Below, in pieces: positions 12,803-25,051 of a stretch of DNA of 64,000 bases (the first letter of the stretch is position 1; every line of letters starts with the position of its first letter). The position numbers and the translations under genes are program-made. The stretch lies in the NCBI GenBank assembly GCA_051313645.2, contig JBNRSN020000024.1, positions 46,252,001 through 46,316,000 of the forward strand, written 5' to 3'. Below the pieces are notes generated by a model that was given only the letters and a program-made list of their open reading frames with translations, was not told the origin of the DNA and did not search any database. Origin of the DNA: Centroscyllium fabricii. Lineage: Eukaryota.

Positions 12803-14923
12803 GCTGAATAGCTGAAACTAGTGGAACAGCTCAGTCGGCTATATTGTGGCCTGAATGATGGTGGCAATGTACTCTTCTGGTGACTTGGGACTACTTGCAA
12901 GTTCCTTGGCCCTTTAATGACTTTGTGACGGCCCAAACCCACACTTGTTTGGCCAACTATTGACACCGGTGGATTGGGGGTGAAGAGACAGAGGGTAAGA
13001 GAATTTCAGGTGAAGTTCGCTCCAAGTTGATCTGCCTGCTGATCAGATTGGAATTGGGTCCACCACTTGTGGCAGACTCTGTAATCTGGTACCTGAGGCA
13101 AATGACTCTACAGTACTTGTGGCCACTGTTGATTGGCTAATTAATGGAACCTGGAAGGGTAAAGCTGCAACTGAAAGCTGGGATACCTTCCACTTAATTC
13201 CAGATAAACCTTCAAGTCTGTATCCTTATGCCCTGGTTCTCAAACTTTGAGGAAATCTCTGACAATATTGAAGTTCCAGGGGTTCCTTGTCATAACTTCC
13301 CAAAGATACTAGCAGCTACCTAAAGGGTAGGGTTATTGTAGAAATTGGCTCATTCAGACTTGCAGATATAACATGCTGATAAATTGACAAATACCAAAGG
13401 GTTTAAAGATTTTGATGAGATGGACAGAAACCTGATCCCTGGGATCCCGGTTTGAAAACTGTCCTGATTGGCTAAGCAGTGGTATGTTTAATGGTGCTTT
13501 GTGCTGTTAGGCTGGATGGTCTCCGCTTGTTGAACATTAGCAGTAACGGTGCATACTTAAGGGTGCGTAAGACTAAGCTATCGCCAATATTGGCTGGAGT
13601 TCTCGCAATTTGGGTAAGTGTATGCTTCCTGGGAGGAGAGAAGGAAGCATGTAAATCTTTGTATTTTACAGCACTGAAGGAGGTCAGTCAACCTACTGTC
13701 TGTGCTGTTGATTTTATGAAGATATACACTTGTTTCCATTCCTGGCCTTTTCCCATATCTCTTTTCAAATATTGATCTAATTCCCTTTTAAAAGTTATTG
13801 TGGATTTTGCTCCCACTTTTTTTTGGTAAGGCATTCCATGTCCTAACAATATGTATATATGTTTTTTTTGTGATTATCTTAAATTCATGCCAAGTGGAAA
13901 TAGTTTTTCCTAATTTACCTTGTTACCCTAAGCATTTTTAGGTTTCTTTATCTTTGACAATGCAGCACCCCTGTCTGCTCTCCTCAAAACTAAAGCATCT
14001 CATCCATGGTATCATAGTAAGTCGATTCTGCACTCTCTCAATGGACTTTATAGGAACTTGTCCTTCCACTTTTAAAGATTTCTATATCCAAACCCTTAAC
14101 ACCTCGACTTCAGTGTATATGTCTTTCTTATCCTCCCAAAAGTATCACCTTGCATTTCTCCATGTGTGTTATGTGGGATAAAACCGCATATCTTCCTGCT
14201 CAGCGTTCCATAGCAGATCCACATATGTAGCTATATATTCGTCTCAGTGTATAGTTAGTGAGCTCATATACTTTATTGTGCCACGTGGATTGAACTACAA
14301 ACTACTGAAAAGCAGATTCGATGCAAGTTATAGTTTCTCTATTCTGGTATGGAACCGCCTATTGTTGAGTAGCATAAATTGGCATTTGAGTGCTTTTTGA
14401 CTCCATTTTATTAAGGACATTTTCAAACCTCCCAAGTTACACTATGTTTGTACATGCATCAATAAAGAACCCGAAGTTGGCTTTTATTTAACAAATCATC
14501 CTGTACTTGAGGCCTACACTGCCAGCAGCGAGAGGGTGACTGGCTGGCCTGTCTTCAGGTTGTGTGCTGATGCAGCTTCAGCTGGTTACAAATAGATGTG
14601 CTCAGAGATTCAGTTGCCTGTCTTCCTTTGTTATGGCTCATCAGAAAATCATACTCCAGATTGGCAACTTAAGAGTAGGGAATTGAAGCCACATTGCAAC
14701 ATCTGTGATGTCATGGCTTTATGATTGGCTGGTATTCCAAAGCAAAATGCCATTTAACATCTTGTTAAGTTATTTGAAGTCTGAAATTTGTTTCAGAATG
14801 TAATAAAAGTTGTCGGATTTTATATCTTGCTTTAATACACTTGATGTACATCTTTATAGGTGAAGGGTAGAAAGATGTATACATAAATGATCCTGAGCCT
14901 GTTAACTCTTCTGCAAATTACAG

Positions 14924-15052
14924 TGAAGAGAACAGTGGCAGTGGCAACGCAGAGAGAGCACTAGGGTCAGATAAGAAAAGTAATGGAGACAGCAAGAAGG
15001 AAGTCAGATGTAGCATCCTTTTTCACTTTGGACCTTTTCAGTCACCACACAG
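14924..15052 (+). CDS. GGNBP2: GGNBP2 alternative cassette exon (EENSGSGNAERALGSDKKSNGDSKKEVRCSILFHFGPFQSPHR)
   Basis: ttacag|T acceptor and AG|gtaac donor; 129 nt, symmetric phase 2-2, no stop in the GGNBP2 frame. Confidence 0.8.
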
Positions 15053-15213
15053 GTAACAGGGGAGATGAACACTTAGTTTATTTGAGGTGCATAATACTCT
15101 TATGAACATTAACTTGTCATGTCAATACTTGGCTTTTAAACACATTTATAAAAGCATTACCATCAAACACAGTTCCTTTTGCAAAGTACATTGTTGATAA
15201 CCCAGAGAGTGGT

Positions 15214-15411
15214 GAACCAGTGGAATTCTCTACCACAGAAGGCAGTAGAGGCCAATTAAGAAGGAATTGGATATATTTCTTAAGGCTCAAGGGATATGGG
15301 GAGAAGGCAGGGACAGGGTACTGAGTTTGGATGATGTGCCATGATCTCATTGAATGGCAGAGCAGGCTCGAGGGGCCGAATGGCCTACTCCTGCTCCTGC
15401 CTTCTATGTTT
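15214..15411 (+). mobile_element. CR1 3' end fragment
   Basis: cccagagagtggtgaa...ggccgaatggcctactcctgctcc tail. Confidence 0.8.
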
Positions 15412-16328
15412 CGATAACTGCTATTGCTGAATGTTAATTTACTATCTTGGTGGCTTAATGCTTCTTAAATTAACTTCAAAAATGGCTTTATTTTCAAAAT
15501 CAACATGCAGAGACCTGCTTTTAGAAATTGACCAGTGGGAAACAAAGTTTAACAATGAGTTGATAGCATGACATGACTCCGATGCCTGTTCAACTTGTAA
15601 CTTGCTGTACCTCATGGCAGAAGGACAGGTTAAAGGGGGTGGGGATAGAAATGATCATATTTTATTGCCAGATGTATGGTTAAATCTTTACAAAAGAGTA
15701 AATAAACCATAAAGCTTCCCTAACCACACACCAATTCACTATAGATTAAAATAGCAGTGCAGTGCATTTAAAATCAAGCTTTTTACACACCTTGGAGACA
15801 TGACCAACACTTGGAAAGTTATCATTATTCTTGGGACCACAGGTACCCATTAAAATTCCATTCATATTCCTAAAACTGGAATTTGCATTCCAGTCAAGAT
15901 ATGTTCTTCCCTATTGCCCCCAACCCCAAATGAAGGTACAGTATTGATTTTTGTGGGTACAGTTCCATGTATGCCTGTAGCCCTCTGATCTGTTGCCCAA
16001 GTGGCTCTTTAAGATTATTTTTGTCAGGCTATTTAAGTAAGGGAACATTACAGCTTAAATTGACATTCTTTGTCCATGCATCTATACTTGATGGCAGGAC
16101 TGACTGGGACAGTAATCGGGTGGAAACCCTGGCTGACTTTTCTCCCACCACCACTCCCTTTATTTAAAAACAAATTGTCTTTAAAAGCAAATTTTTATGT
16201 CATTGGCGATCAGTTAACTTGGCACAGATGAAGTATCAAAGCTGTGGCTCAGTAGCAGAGAGTGCATTGAGAAAGAAATAACTTACATTTATATAACGCC
16301 ATTCACAATCTCAAGATGTCTCAAATTG

Positions 16329-16880
16329 CAGGTTGAAGTTCGTTAATCCGGCACCCGAAAAACCGGCAGCTTCAGTCGTTCGGCACAGATTTTCCCAATT
16401 CAAAATGGCCGCCGTCGGGGCTGGGCTTTCCTTGCACCTAACATATACTCACTGGATCCCGGCTTAGTGACCACCCCGATGCCGATGGTGAATCCCAGGC
16501 CCAGAAGATGAGCTGTTGTGCCAGCTGCCTTTCACAGGATGTGATATAGGCAATTCTCGGTGCCCATCGCTGACGGAGGCTCCTGCCTGGCTGCGTGCTG
16601 ACGTCACCGCGTTCCGAAGTTGGCGTGCGGTGGCGTCACTTGAGCCGCGCATTGGGCCTGAGGCCCGCTGGAGCCCTGCAGGCCACTCCCTGATCCGCAG
16701 CAGAGTCGAGTGCGAGTTCCACCCGACCCGTGGGCCGAAAATCAACTTCCAGGTACCGGCGAGCGCATGCGCAGAGTATCGAAAATTTTGCGGCGGCCAT
16801 TTTGAATGCTCTGCGCATGTGCCGCCCTGGCTTCAATAATTCGGCATGGTGCTGGTCCCGACCCTGCCGGATTAACGAAC
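16329..16880. mobile_element. Tigger-like MITE, right TIR clipped; same subfamily as 27559-28159
   Basis: CAGGTTGAAGTTCGTTAATCCGGCA...GCCGGATTAACGAAC. Confidence 0.85.
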
Positions 16881-16957
16881 GAGTGTAGTCACTGTTGGAA
16901 TGTAGGAAACTTACAATTACTTGCAAGCTCAATTCAAACTGCTTATGAAAGCTTGTA

Positions 16958-17329
16958 CAGGTCCAGCACCTTTAATCCGGACACCGGTAACTCGGAAACT
17001 TCAGCTGTCCGGAGCGGATCCGGCCGACTGGTCTGCGCATGCGCAAAATGGCCACCGCGCCTGGCTGCGCATGCCCGGGCCTCTTCCCGACTGGTCTGCG
17101 CATGCGCAAAATGGCCGCCGCGCCTGGCTGCGTATGCCCGGGCCCCTCTCCGAACGATTGATTGCTTCAGCGAGCGCATGCACAGACCATTCAAAATGGC
17201 CGCCGGCATTCGCGGCGTCCATTTTGAATGGTCTGCGCATGCACTCGCCGAAGCGTCAATCATTCGGATTTTTCCCCAATCTGGCACCAGCCTAGTCCCG
17301 CCGGTGCCAGATTAACGGTGTCAGACCTG
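16958..17329. mobile_element. Tigger-like MITE, inverted relative to 8971-9393
   Basis: TA|CAGGTCCAGCACC...GGTGTCAGACCTG|TA. Confidence 0.85.
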
Positions 17330-18861
17330 TAAGATGATTGGACTTTGGTTACCATACTTGAAAGATGATGGGGAATTGCTAGTTCAAACAACCTGAAGTT
17401 GGTACTATGCTTATGCAGTACTGATCCAGGAAGTTATAAGTGTACTAGTTAGTTTAGTGTAGCTACCCCATTGTACCAGTATATAATTCCAATAAACCGT
17501 GTATTTCTCTCACCACTGCCAAAACATTGGTACACTGGGACAGTGGTGGCTATGTAGGTTGCAAATTTATGCTGCCAGCGGTTTGCATTGCAACTGATGA
17601 TAAACCCCATGTCAGAGATTGGTTTCCTATCCGTGCTGATTTCAGAAATCATCTGAATTCATAAAACTACAGTGACAAACAGAAGTTGCGTTTCTGCCTA
17701 AATTTGAACTCTGGTGTAGCATTGCCCTGCTGTAACCTGCTGAACACTCTTCTATCACATTTGCAGTATTGAATTTTGTCATTTCATCTCGATGCAGAAA
17801 CCAGTTTCAATATTGGTCGCCTTCCTACGGAGATCTTCTGGAAAGGTTATTAGCAGTAGCAAATTGTTACGTGGAAAAAAACCTAGGGTAAATAATGTTA
17901 GCAATTTGTTAGATTTTTATAAGTAATTTGATTACCTTGCATTCTGGTTTTGGAAGAGAATAAATGCTCAGTGAATTTGCAAGAAATTCTGGCCAGCAAA
18001 TGACCTCTGGGGCTCCTAAGTGGGGAAATGTCCACTTGGAATTTATTTTTCATATATGCAGATAAAATAGTTAAAGCAACATATGCTTGAAAGCATACAC
18101 TAATACGAACCAGAACCTCGCCCATATAGGGCTGCTTCAGAATGGATTTAAAATATGAATAAAATCCAAGAGTAGAAGATTTAATCACCATCAGGGTTGA
18201 GACCTGAATTGCCTCGCTACAAGAATAGAGGAAATTGAGAATCCTTTTTTAAAACTGGAACTGCAAGAAAACTTTCGTAAGATCCATTACACTTTGAAAT
18301 ATGTAGCCTTTGATTCCATCTGGTTTTCCTCTCGTACTATACTCTGTTTCCCCATACAAAAACAAATCAGATTTGATTTGAGTTCTGACTTGTTATGTAA
18401 AACCTAGGCAAATGCGTAAGCTAAAGGTCTGACCGCACCATATGAGCGATTGTGACAGGGTATTTCCTCTTCTAAAGTTGAAAGCAGATGTGAGTGGTCA
18501 AACAATGTGATTTGATCATTAGTGCTTGAGATTAATTTTGGTGCAAGGAATCCGAATGCATTTATGTTGCAGCTTTGGGGTTGTGGTGACGTGATGGGGC
18601 AATTAACTGATTTTTTTCTCTTGACAAGGCAACAATATGAAATGATGCACTTACCTTTACAATATGCTGCAGCCTTGACATGATGTCTTGGCAAACTGTT
18701 TTCTGATGTGATGTTCAAAGATGGCTTTAGCCACATGTTCTTGTCACTTTTTTTCATGCTACTTTGACATTTTGTACAAGGTGGCTGACTGGGGAAAGAA
18801 GACTAGATTATGTATGGGCTGCTCATTGACCTCTGGTTCTCTATTTAATCCAACACAATTA

Positions 18862-20195
18862 ACATAAGAACATAAGAAATAGGAGCAGGAGTAGGCCAAT
18901 CGGCCCCTCGAGCCCGCTCCGCCATTCAATAAGATCATGGCTGATCCTACCCTAACCTTCCCACTATCACCCTTCATCCCACCCAAAAAACCATGTGATC
19001 TCCTGGGAGAGGCGAAAAACCGGATAAAAACCCAGGTCCAATTTGGGGGGAAAATCCGGGAAATTCCTCTCCGACCCCAATCTAGGCAATCGAAACTTGT
19101 CCAGGAGATCACTCAGGTCTTGCTATACTAACAATAGCTCAGGTCCACTTCCCTGCCCGCTCCCCGTAACCCCTAATTCCCTTGTCTGCTAAAAAACAGT
19201 CTATTTCCGTTTTAAATTTATTTAATGTTCCCGCTTCCACAGCTCCCTGCGGCAGCGAATTCCATAGATTAACCACCCTCTGAGTGAAGAAGTTTCTCCT
19301 CATCTCAGTTTTAAAAGAGCCCCCCCTTATTCTAAGACTATGCCCCCTAGTTCTGGTCTCCCCGATCATTGGTAACATCCTTAGCGCATCCACCCGATCA
19401 AGGCCCCTCACGATCTTATACGTTTCAATAAGATTGCCTCTCATTCTTCTGAACTCTAATGAGTAAAGTCCCAACCTACTTAACCTTTCCTCATATGTCA
19501 ACCCCCTCATCCCTGGAATTAACCGTGTAAACCTTCTCTACTGCTTCCAGAGCAAGTATATCCTTTCTTAAATATGGACACCAAAACTGCACACAGTATT
19601 CCAAATGCGGTCTCACCAATACTGTATACAGCTGCAGCAAAACCTCCCTGCTTTTATACTCTATCCCCCTAGCAATAAAGGCTAAGACTCCATTGGCCTT
19701 CCTAATCACTTGCTGCACCTGCATACTAACTTTTTGTGATTCATGCACTAGTACCCCCAGGTCCCTTTGCGTTGTATTACCACACAGCTCCTCCCCATTT
19801 AGAAAATAACTTGCTCTATGATTTTTTTTTCCAAAATGTATAACTTCACATTTACCAGTATTAAATTTCATCTGCCAAATCGCTGCCCACTCACCTAGCT
19901 TATCTATATCCTTTTGCAGGCTTTTTCTGTCCTCCTCACTCCCTGCTTTTCCTCCCATTTTTGTGTCATCTGCGAACTTTGATATATTACACTTGGTCCC
20001 CTCCTCCAAATCATTTATATAGATTGTAAACAGCTGGGGTCCCAGCACCGACCCCTGCGGAACACCACTAGTCACCGATTGCCATCCCGAGAGTGAACCA
20101 TTTATCCCAACTCTCTGCTTCCTGTTTGAAAGCCAATCTTCTACCCATGCTAATATATTACCCCCAATCCTATGATTTTTTATCTTAAGCAATTG
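18862..20195 (-). mobile_element. 5'-truncated CR1 LINE (partial RT plus 3' UTR), frameshifted
   Basis: ORFs 19491-20207 and 19139-19510: GVPQGSVLGP, KFADDTK, LVRPHLEYCVQFW. Confidence 0.95.
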
Positions 20196-20699
20196 ACAAG
20201 GTGCCACATAAGAGACTATTGCTTAAGATAAAAATTAACACTTCTAAAGGGATAGCTTTCTATAATTTTGCCCTCTGGTTTCACAACTGCCGATGTAGTT
20301 GAATTCCCTTAATTGGAATAGGTAGTCTATTCCGATTAGGTAGTTTTAAATGTCAAGTACAGCACAATGCAAGTCATTTTATTTGGGGCAGTGTAATACC
20401 ATTGTATGATATATCCAGATGTATATTGAAAATTACCTAGGCTTGTGCAGAAAAATTGTTTAGCTAAGAGTCTCAAGTTAAAGTAATTGATTTGAGAAAA
20501 GGCCATTTAGTCGATTTTGAAGAGCTCATTTCTCCAGTATGTTGGCACTCCCATGGCATTAATTGTGTTTTGAATAACCTATTTTGGTAGATTGTTCTAA
20601 CCATTTATTGTTCAATATGGTTCACCTGATCTGTTCTAAATTTGATCTTAAGTCCTGCTTTCTCAGCATATTTTGAACGAATGAATATAGATTTACATT

Positions 20700-21170
20700 G
20701 GGTCAGTGATGGCACGCTCGTTTCTGAGTTAGAAGGTTGTGCATTCAAGTCCCACTCCAGACACTTGAGCACATAATCCAGGCTCAGCCAACACCACTAA
20801 AACAAATGAAAGAAAATACTGTAGATGCTGGAAATCTGAAACAGAAGCAGAAGATGTTGGAAACATTCAGCTAGTCAGCTAGAATGACATCTGGAAGAAG
20901 CAATGTTTAACCTTTCAGGCACTTACCATTTATCAGAGCCAGCTTCTCCATAGCTACTGTGCCTGACATGCTGAGTGTTTCCAGCATTTTCTGCTTTTGT
21001 TACACTAACAGATTATTTGGTCATTTATCTCATTGCTGTTTGTGGGGCCTTGCTGTGTTTGCCCAAATCACAAATAAATACTCCTCAAAATAATTAATTG
21101 ACACTGAAGTGCTTTGGGATGTCCTGAAGATGTGAAAAGCGCTATACTGTATAAATGCAAGCTTATTTCT
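20700..21170 (+). mobile_element. SacSINE1-like SINE with a nested inverted Penelope-like terminal-repeat pair (~20808-21000)
   Basis: SINE head and tail split by aaatactgtagatgctggaaatc...ccagcattttctgcttttg. Confidence 0.65.
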
Positions 21171-21860
21171 TAAATGTTATTTCCTTCTCTTCCCACACCC
21201 TCCCCATACCCACCATCTTTTCTCGACTTTAAACTTCAACTTTAATCCTTCCTTGGAGCCCATCTTATTTACATTTTGTTTTGTTTTTAATACCCTTCCT
21301 AATGGAAGCTTTTAATATGTAAGCAAAGCTGAACAGAGTGGTCTGAACAGTGGTTTGTAAAACTTGGCAAAACTTCTGTAATTTTGTATTCTGTTCTCGT
21401 TTTGTATCTAACTTTTTTAATTGCTTCACCACAATGGACATTGGGTGATGCTGACCACCACTCCCAGGACATCGAAGTCTTCCTTGGGATTGGAAATCTT
21501 GAGCTACCAAATTATCATTTAATAGCAAATTTAATTGTTCAGCACCATGCATTATAGCATGAATCAGAAATGTTTCTACGGATGTTAAAAGTATTTCTTC
21601 CCCTTGTTATGGGTATTCAGTATCTGATGGGTGCAAATAAATACAGTGGCACTATTGTATATGGAAAGCAGTACTTTTGTTCTGAGATTATAACTTGACT
21701 GTGGTTCTGGAAAACATCAATCCAGATTTGTGGCAAGTTTGAATAATTATCTAGCATTCATGCCCATTCTAGTGGTGTATTTTAACTGGTCCGGCTGCTT
21801 TTTGTAAATCACAGCATTTCTGTCTGGCAAAAATCACAGTCTTTGTGTTTCTATTAACAG

Positions 21861-21974
21861 GGGCTGCTGGATGGATGTGTGGGAACTAATGTCCCAGGAA
21901 TGTAGGGATGAAGTAGTATTAATTGACTCCAGTTGTCTTTTGGAAACACTAGAGACTTATCTACGGAAACACAG
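21861..21974 (+). CDS. GGNBP2: GGNBP2 coding exon (GCWMDVWELMSQECRDEVVLIDSSCLLETLETYLRKHR)
   Basis: taacag|G acceptor and AG|gtttg donor; 114 nt; translated by hand. Confidence 0.97.
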
Positions 21975-22150
21975 GTTTGTAATATAGTACGGGGATGCTG
22001 CATGATGTTTTGTGCAGAATTTACTATTGAAATGAATTAGATGTAAATTAGTCAAAAGCTGTTGAGTAATGAGGAAAGAGTCCCAGCATGAATCTGCTCA
22101 ATTGTAATGAGTGTCCTTAAATTTGTGGTTGTTTGTTTCTTTTATTGCAG

Positions 22151-22360
22151 GTTTTGCACAGATTGTAAAAATAAAGTGCTGCGAGCATACAACATTCTCA
22201 TTGGGGAATTAGATTGCAGCAAAGAAAAGGGCTACTGTGCAGCTCTCTATGAGGGACTACGTTGCTGTCCCCACGAACGACATATCCATGTTTGCTGTGA
22301 GACTGACTTCATTGCGCATCTGTTGGGCCGTGCTGAGCCAGAGTTCGCAGGAGGATATGA
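22151..22360 (+). CDS. GGNBP2: GGNBP2 coding exon (FCTDCKNKVLRAY...AEPEFAGGYE)
   Basis: ttgcag|G acceptor and GA|gtatgt donor; 210 nt. Confidence 0.96.
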
Positions 22361-22926
22361 GTATGTAATATGCTAGAGTGGGCTATCTAGCACTTAAAAA
22401 AATCAAAAAAATCTATTTTCTCTAGGAATGATGCAAAGTGTGAAATAATTGTGCTGAATTTAATAATTGCTTCTATTTTCAGGCTCCAGCAGTAATTCAC
22501 TGAATTTGTTTGTAACTTCCATGCAGAGAAATCTAGATCTGTACCAGGTCATTTAGGGAGGCTGCGGTCTTGAGGGAGGAAACTGAACATCTGTGTGCCA
22601 CACCAGCAACATTAAGTCATGGGAGCAGGTTGCCTGTTTCCATGATCAAAAAGGAAGTTTGTGGGTGGCTTAAAGGCTCCTTTAGAGAGGATTCACACTC
22701 TATCATGGGCATCGGTCCAGAACTCCATGAATTGGTAATACAGTTCGTGTTATAATGGTGGCTGGTCTAGAAAGTGGGGAAAATCATAATGTAAAGTTGT
22801 GGTGCCTTGTTAAGGTGCAATAAAGGAGGTTTTGTTTTTCACCTGGGGGAGCTGAGGTTGATTAGCTAAATGGAAAAGATCCCAATTTGAAAGGAAAAAA
22901 ATCATGCAACACTTCGGCTTTTTAGG

Positions 22927-23560
22927 GGTTAGCACTGTTGCCTCACAGCGCTAGAGACCCGGGTTCAAATCCAGCCTCAGGTACTATCTGTGTGGAGTTT
23001 GCACATTCTCCCCGTGTCTGCGTGGTTTCCCTCCGGGTGCTCCAGTTTCCTCCCACAGTCCAAAGATGTGCGGGTTAGGTTGATTGACCAGGATAAATTG
23101 ACCCTTAGTGTTCGGGGGATTGAATATGTGGCAGGGCCGGCCCTACCATATAAACGATGTAAACATTTGTTTAGGGCCCCCGATTTGAGAGGGCCCCTCA
23201 TAGGCCTAAGTGTTTTCATTCTTAAATTATAGCCCATGATAGACATACATTGCCCCTGCACAATATTGTGCACAATGTACTGGTACATAACTGGTGCATA
23301 ATTATATACTGGGTACAGTAGGTTTTAGTGCCGGCAGAAGAAGCCCCCCTTGTGCTTGTGCACACATATCTACAGACACAAACAGAAAGGGCCCCCAAAA
23401 TACCTTGTTTGGGGCCCCCAAATACCTTGTTTGGGGCCCCCAAAATACCTTGAGCCGGCCCTGATATGTGGGGTTACGGGGATAGGGTGGGATATGTGTC
23501 AGTGCAGGCTCGATGGGCCAAAATGGCCTCTATCTGCACTGTAGGGATTCTATGATTCTA
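22927..23560 (+). mobile_element. HE1-type tRNA-derived SINE interrupted by a hAT MITE
   Basis: A/B-box head, tgtgtggagtttgcacattctccccgtgtctgcgtgg core, CR1-like tail; matches 46182-46555. Confidence 0.85.
23132..23463. mobile_element. Non-autonomous hAT element
   Basis: TIR CAGGGCCGGC/GCCGGCCCTG; exact 8-bp TSD ATATGTGG; subterminal GGGCCCCC repeats. Confidence 0.92.
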
Positions 23561-23751
23561 TATTAAGCATCTGACATCACTTCTGATAGAAAATTCTGGA
23601 AATGGCTGGGAAGCAGAATGGCTCCCATAGAAAGTGCCCAAAAAATAGCTGTAGAAAAAGTCTGAAATCCAGGACATTAAATCTGTTCTACATCATATCC
23701 TTGTAGATTGGTGTGTTGCACTGTCATCTGAATGCTAAATTGAATCTAATT

Positions 23752-24603
23752 CAGGGTGCCACAAAATTATTTTTTTTCGCTTGCCCAATTGGGCAAGTGG
23801 ATTTTTAAAACACTTGCCCGAACACAAATTTCACTTGCCTGAAATTTTTAAAGAAAGAAATAAAGATTTTACATTTTTATTAAAATGCTTCAATATAAAT
23901 CCATAGATTGTGATTGTAGTTAGTGTACCTTTTTAGGTCTGCCATCAATCGTGCCCATTACTGATCTGGTATAGGTTAAAAAACAGTTTGGAGACGAATA
24001 CACTGAAGAATATGTATTGCTACAACTATTTCTTGTACTTTGTAAAATCAAATATTGGGTAATGATGGATGGGAGGAAGCTATGACAGACATGCAGGATT
24101 CTGATGATGTAATAAACGGCAACATCAGAACTATTTAATTCAGGTAATTTGTTGGCTGGCCATCTGTTATTTTTGTACTATAAGCCTCCTATAGTGTGCC
24201 CGGCCTGGCCCTCACCGATCAGCCTCCACATTTCCTCCACGCTCGTTGACCCCGGGACCGCCACGACACACATTTCCCCGCGCAGCAGCAGCTCCGCGCA
24301 ACCACCAGGGCCCGCCAGAGGAGCAGTGCCAACTCCCGGCCCCAACCGGGGCCTGCCATTCGACAGCGGCGTCTGGCCGAATGAGCAACTGAGAGCGCGA
24401 CTTCACCCTGCAGTCTGCCTCCTCATCGCCACCTGGCTGCGCGTGCACACCACTCCACCAACACTCAGCGTTATTGCTGGACCTGGTCACTGCGCAGGCG
24501 CCGGGAGGCGCAACTCGGGTCATGTCTGGGCAAGTGCAATTTTGATTTGGTTGCCCTTCGGCACATTTTGCTTGCCTCGGGCAAGCGGTTTTGACGCACC
24601 CTG
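23752..24603. mobile_element. Non-autonomous TIR element with a 5-bp TSD (hAT5-like)
   Basis: TIR CAGGGTGCCACAAAA / TTTTGACGCACCCTG (13/15 match); TAATT on both sides; subterminal CTTGCC/GGGCAAG repeats. Confidence 0.8.
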
Positions 24604-24876
24604 TAATTCGTTCTTCACTCCTGGTGAAGTATAACACAGTCTGAGTGAGGTTTTTGTACAGGGAACATTTTGACTCTTCGCTGGAGCAGCCTATATAGAT
24701 AATTGTGACATTTGAATCTTCTATAAACAATGTGGTCAAGAACAGTAGTTGACATTTCTAAATACATAATAACTGCACTATAACTCTCCATTCAGAAGCT
24801 ATGTTGAAGCTATTAGGTTCTCACTGTAGTTGGGAACAACTGCTGTAAATTGTAACCTAACCAGTCTTGCTTCTAG

Positions 24877-25051
24877 GCGGAGGGAGAGGCATGCCAAAAC
24901 TATCGACATTGCACAAGAAGAAGTCCTTACATGTCTTGGTATTCATCTGTATGAGCGCTTGCACAGAATTTGGCAGAAGTTACGAGCTGAAGAACAGACG
25001 TGGCAGATGCTCTTCTACCTTGGGATTGATGCACTGCGCAAAAGCTTCGAG
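24877..25051 (+). CDS. GGNBP2: GGNBP2 coding exon (RRERHAKTIDIAQEE...ALRKSFE)
   Basis: ttctag|G acceptor and GAG|gtacag donor; 175 nt. Confidence 0.97.

Noticed and set aside
18630-18710. Possible C/D-box snoRNA (ATGATG...CTGA)
   Set aside because: Imperfect C box, no terminal stem and no recognisable guide.
22927-22985. tRNA-like sequences here and at ~2403, ~46490, ~60770 and ~61190
   Set aside because: These are SINE heads joined to SINE bodies, without a complete cloverleaf.
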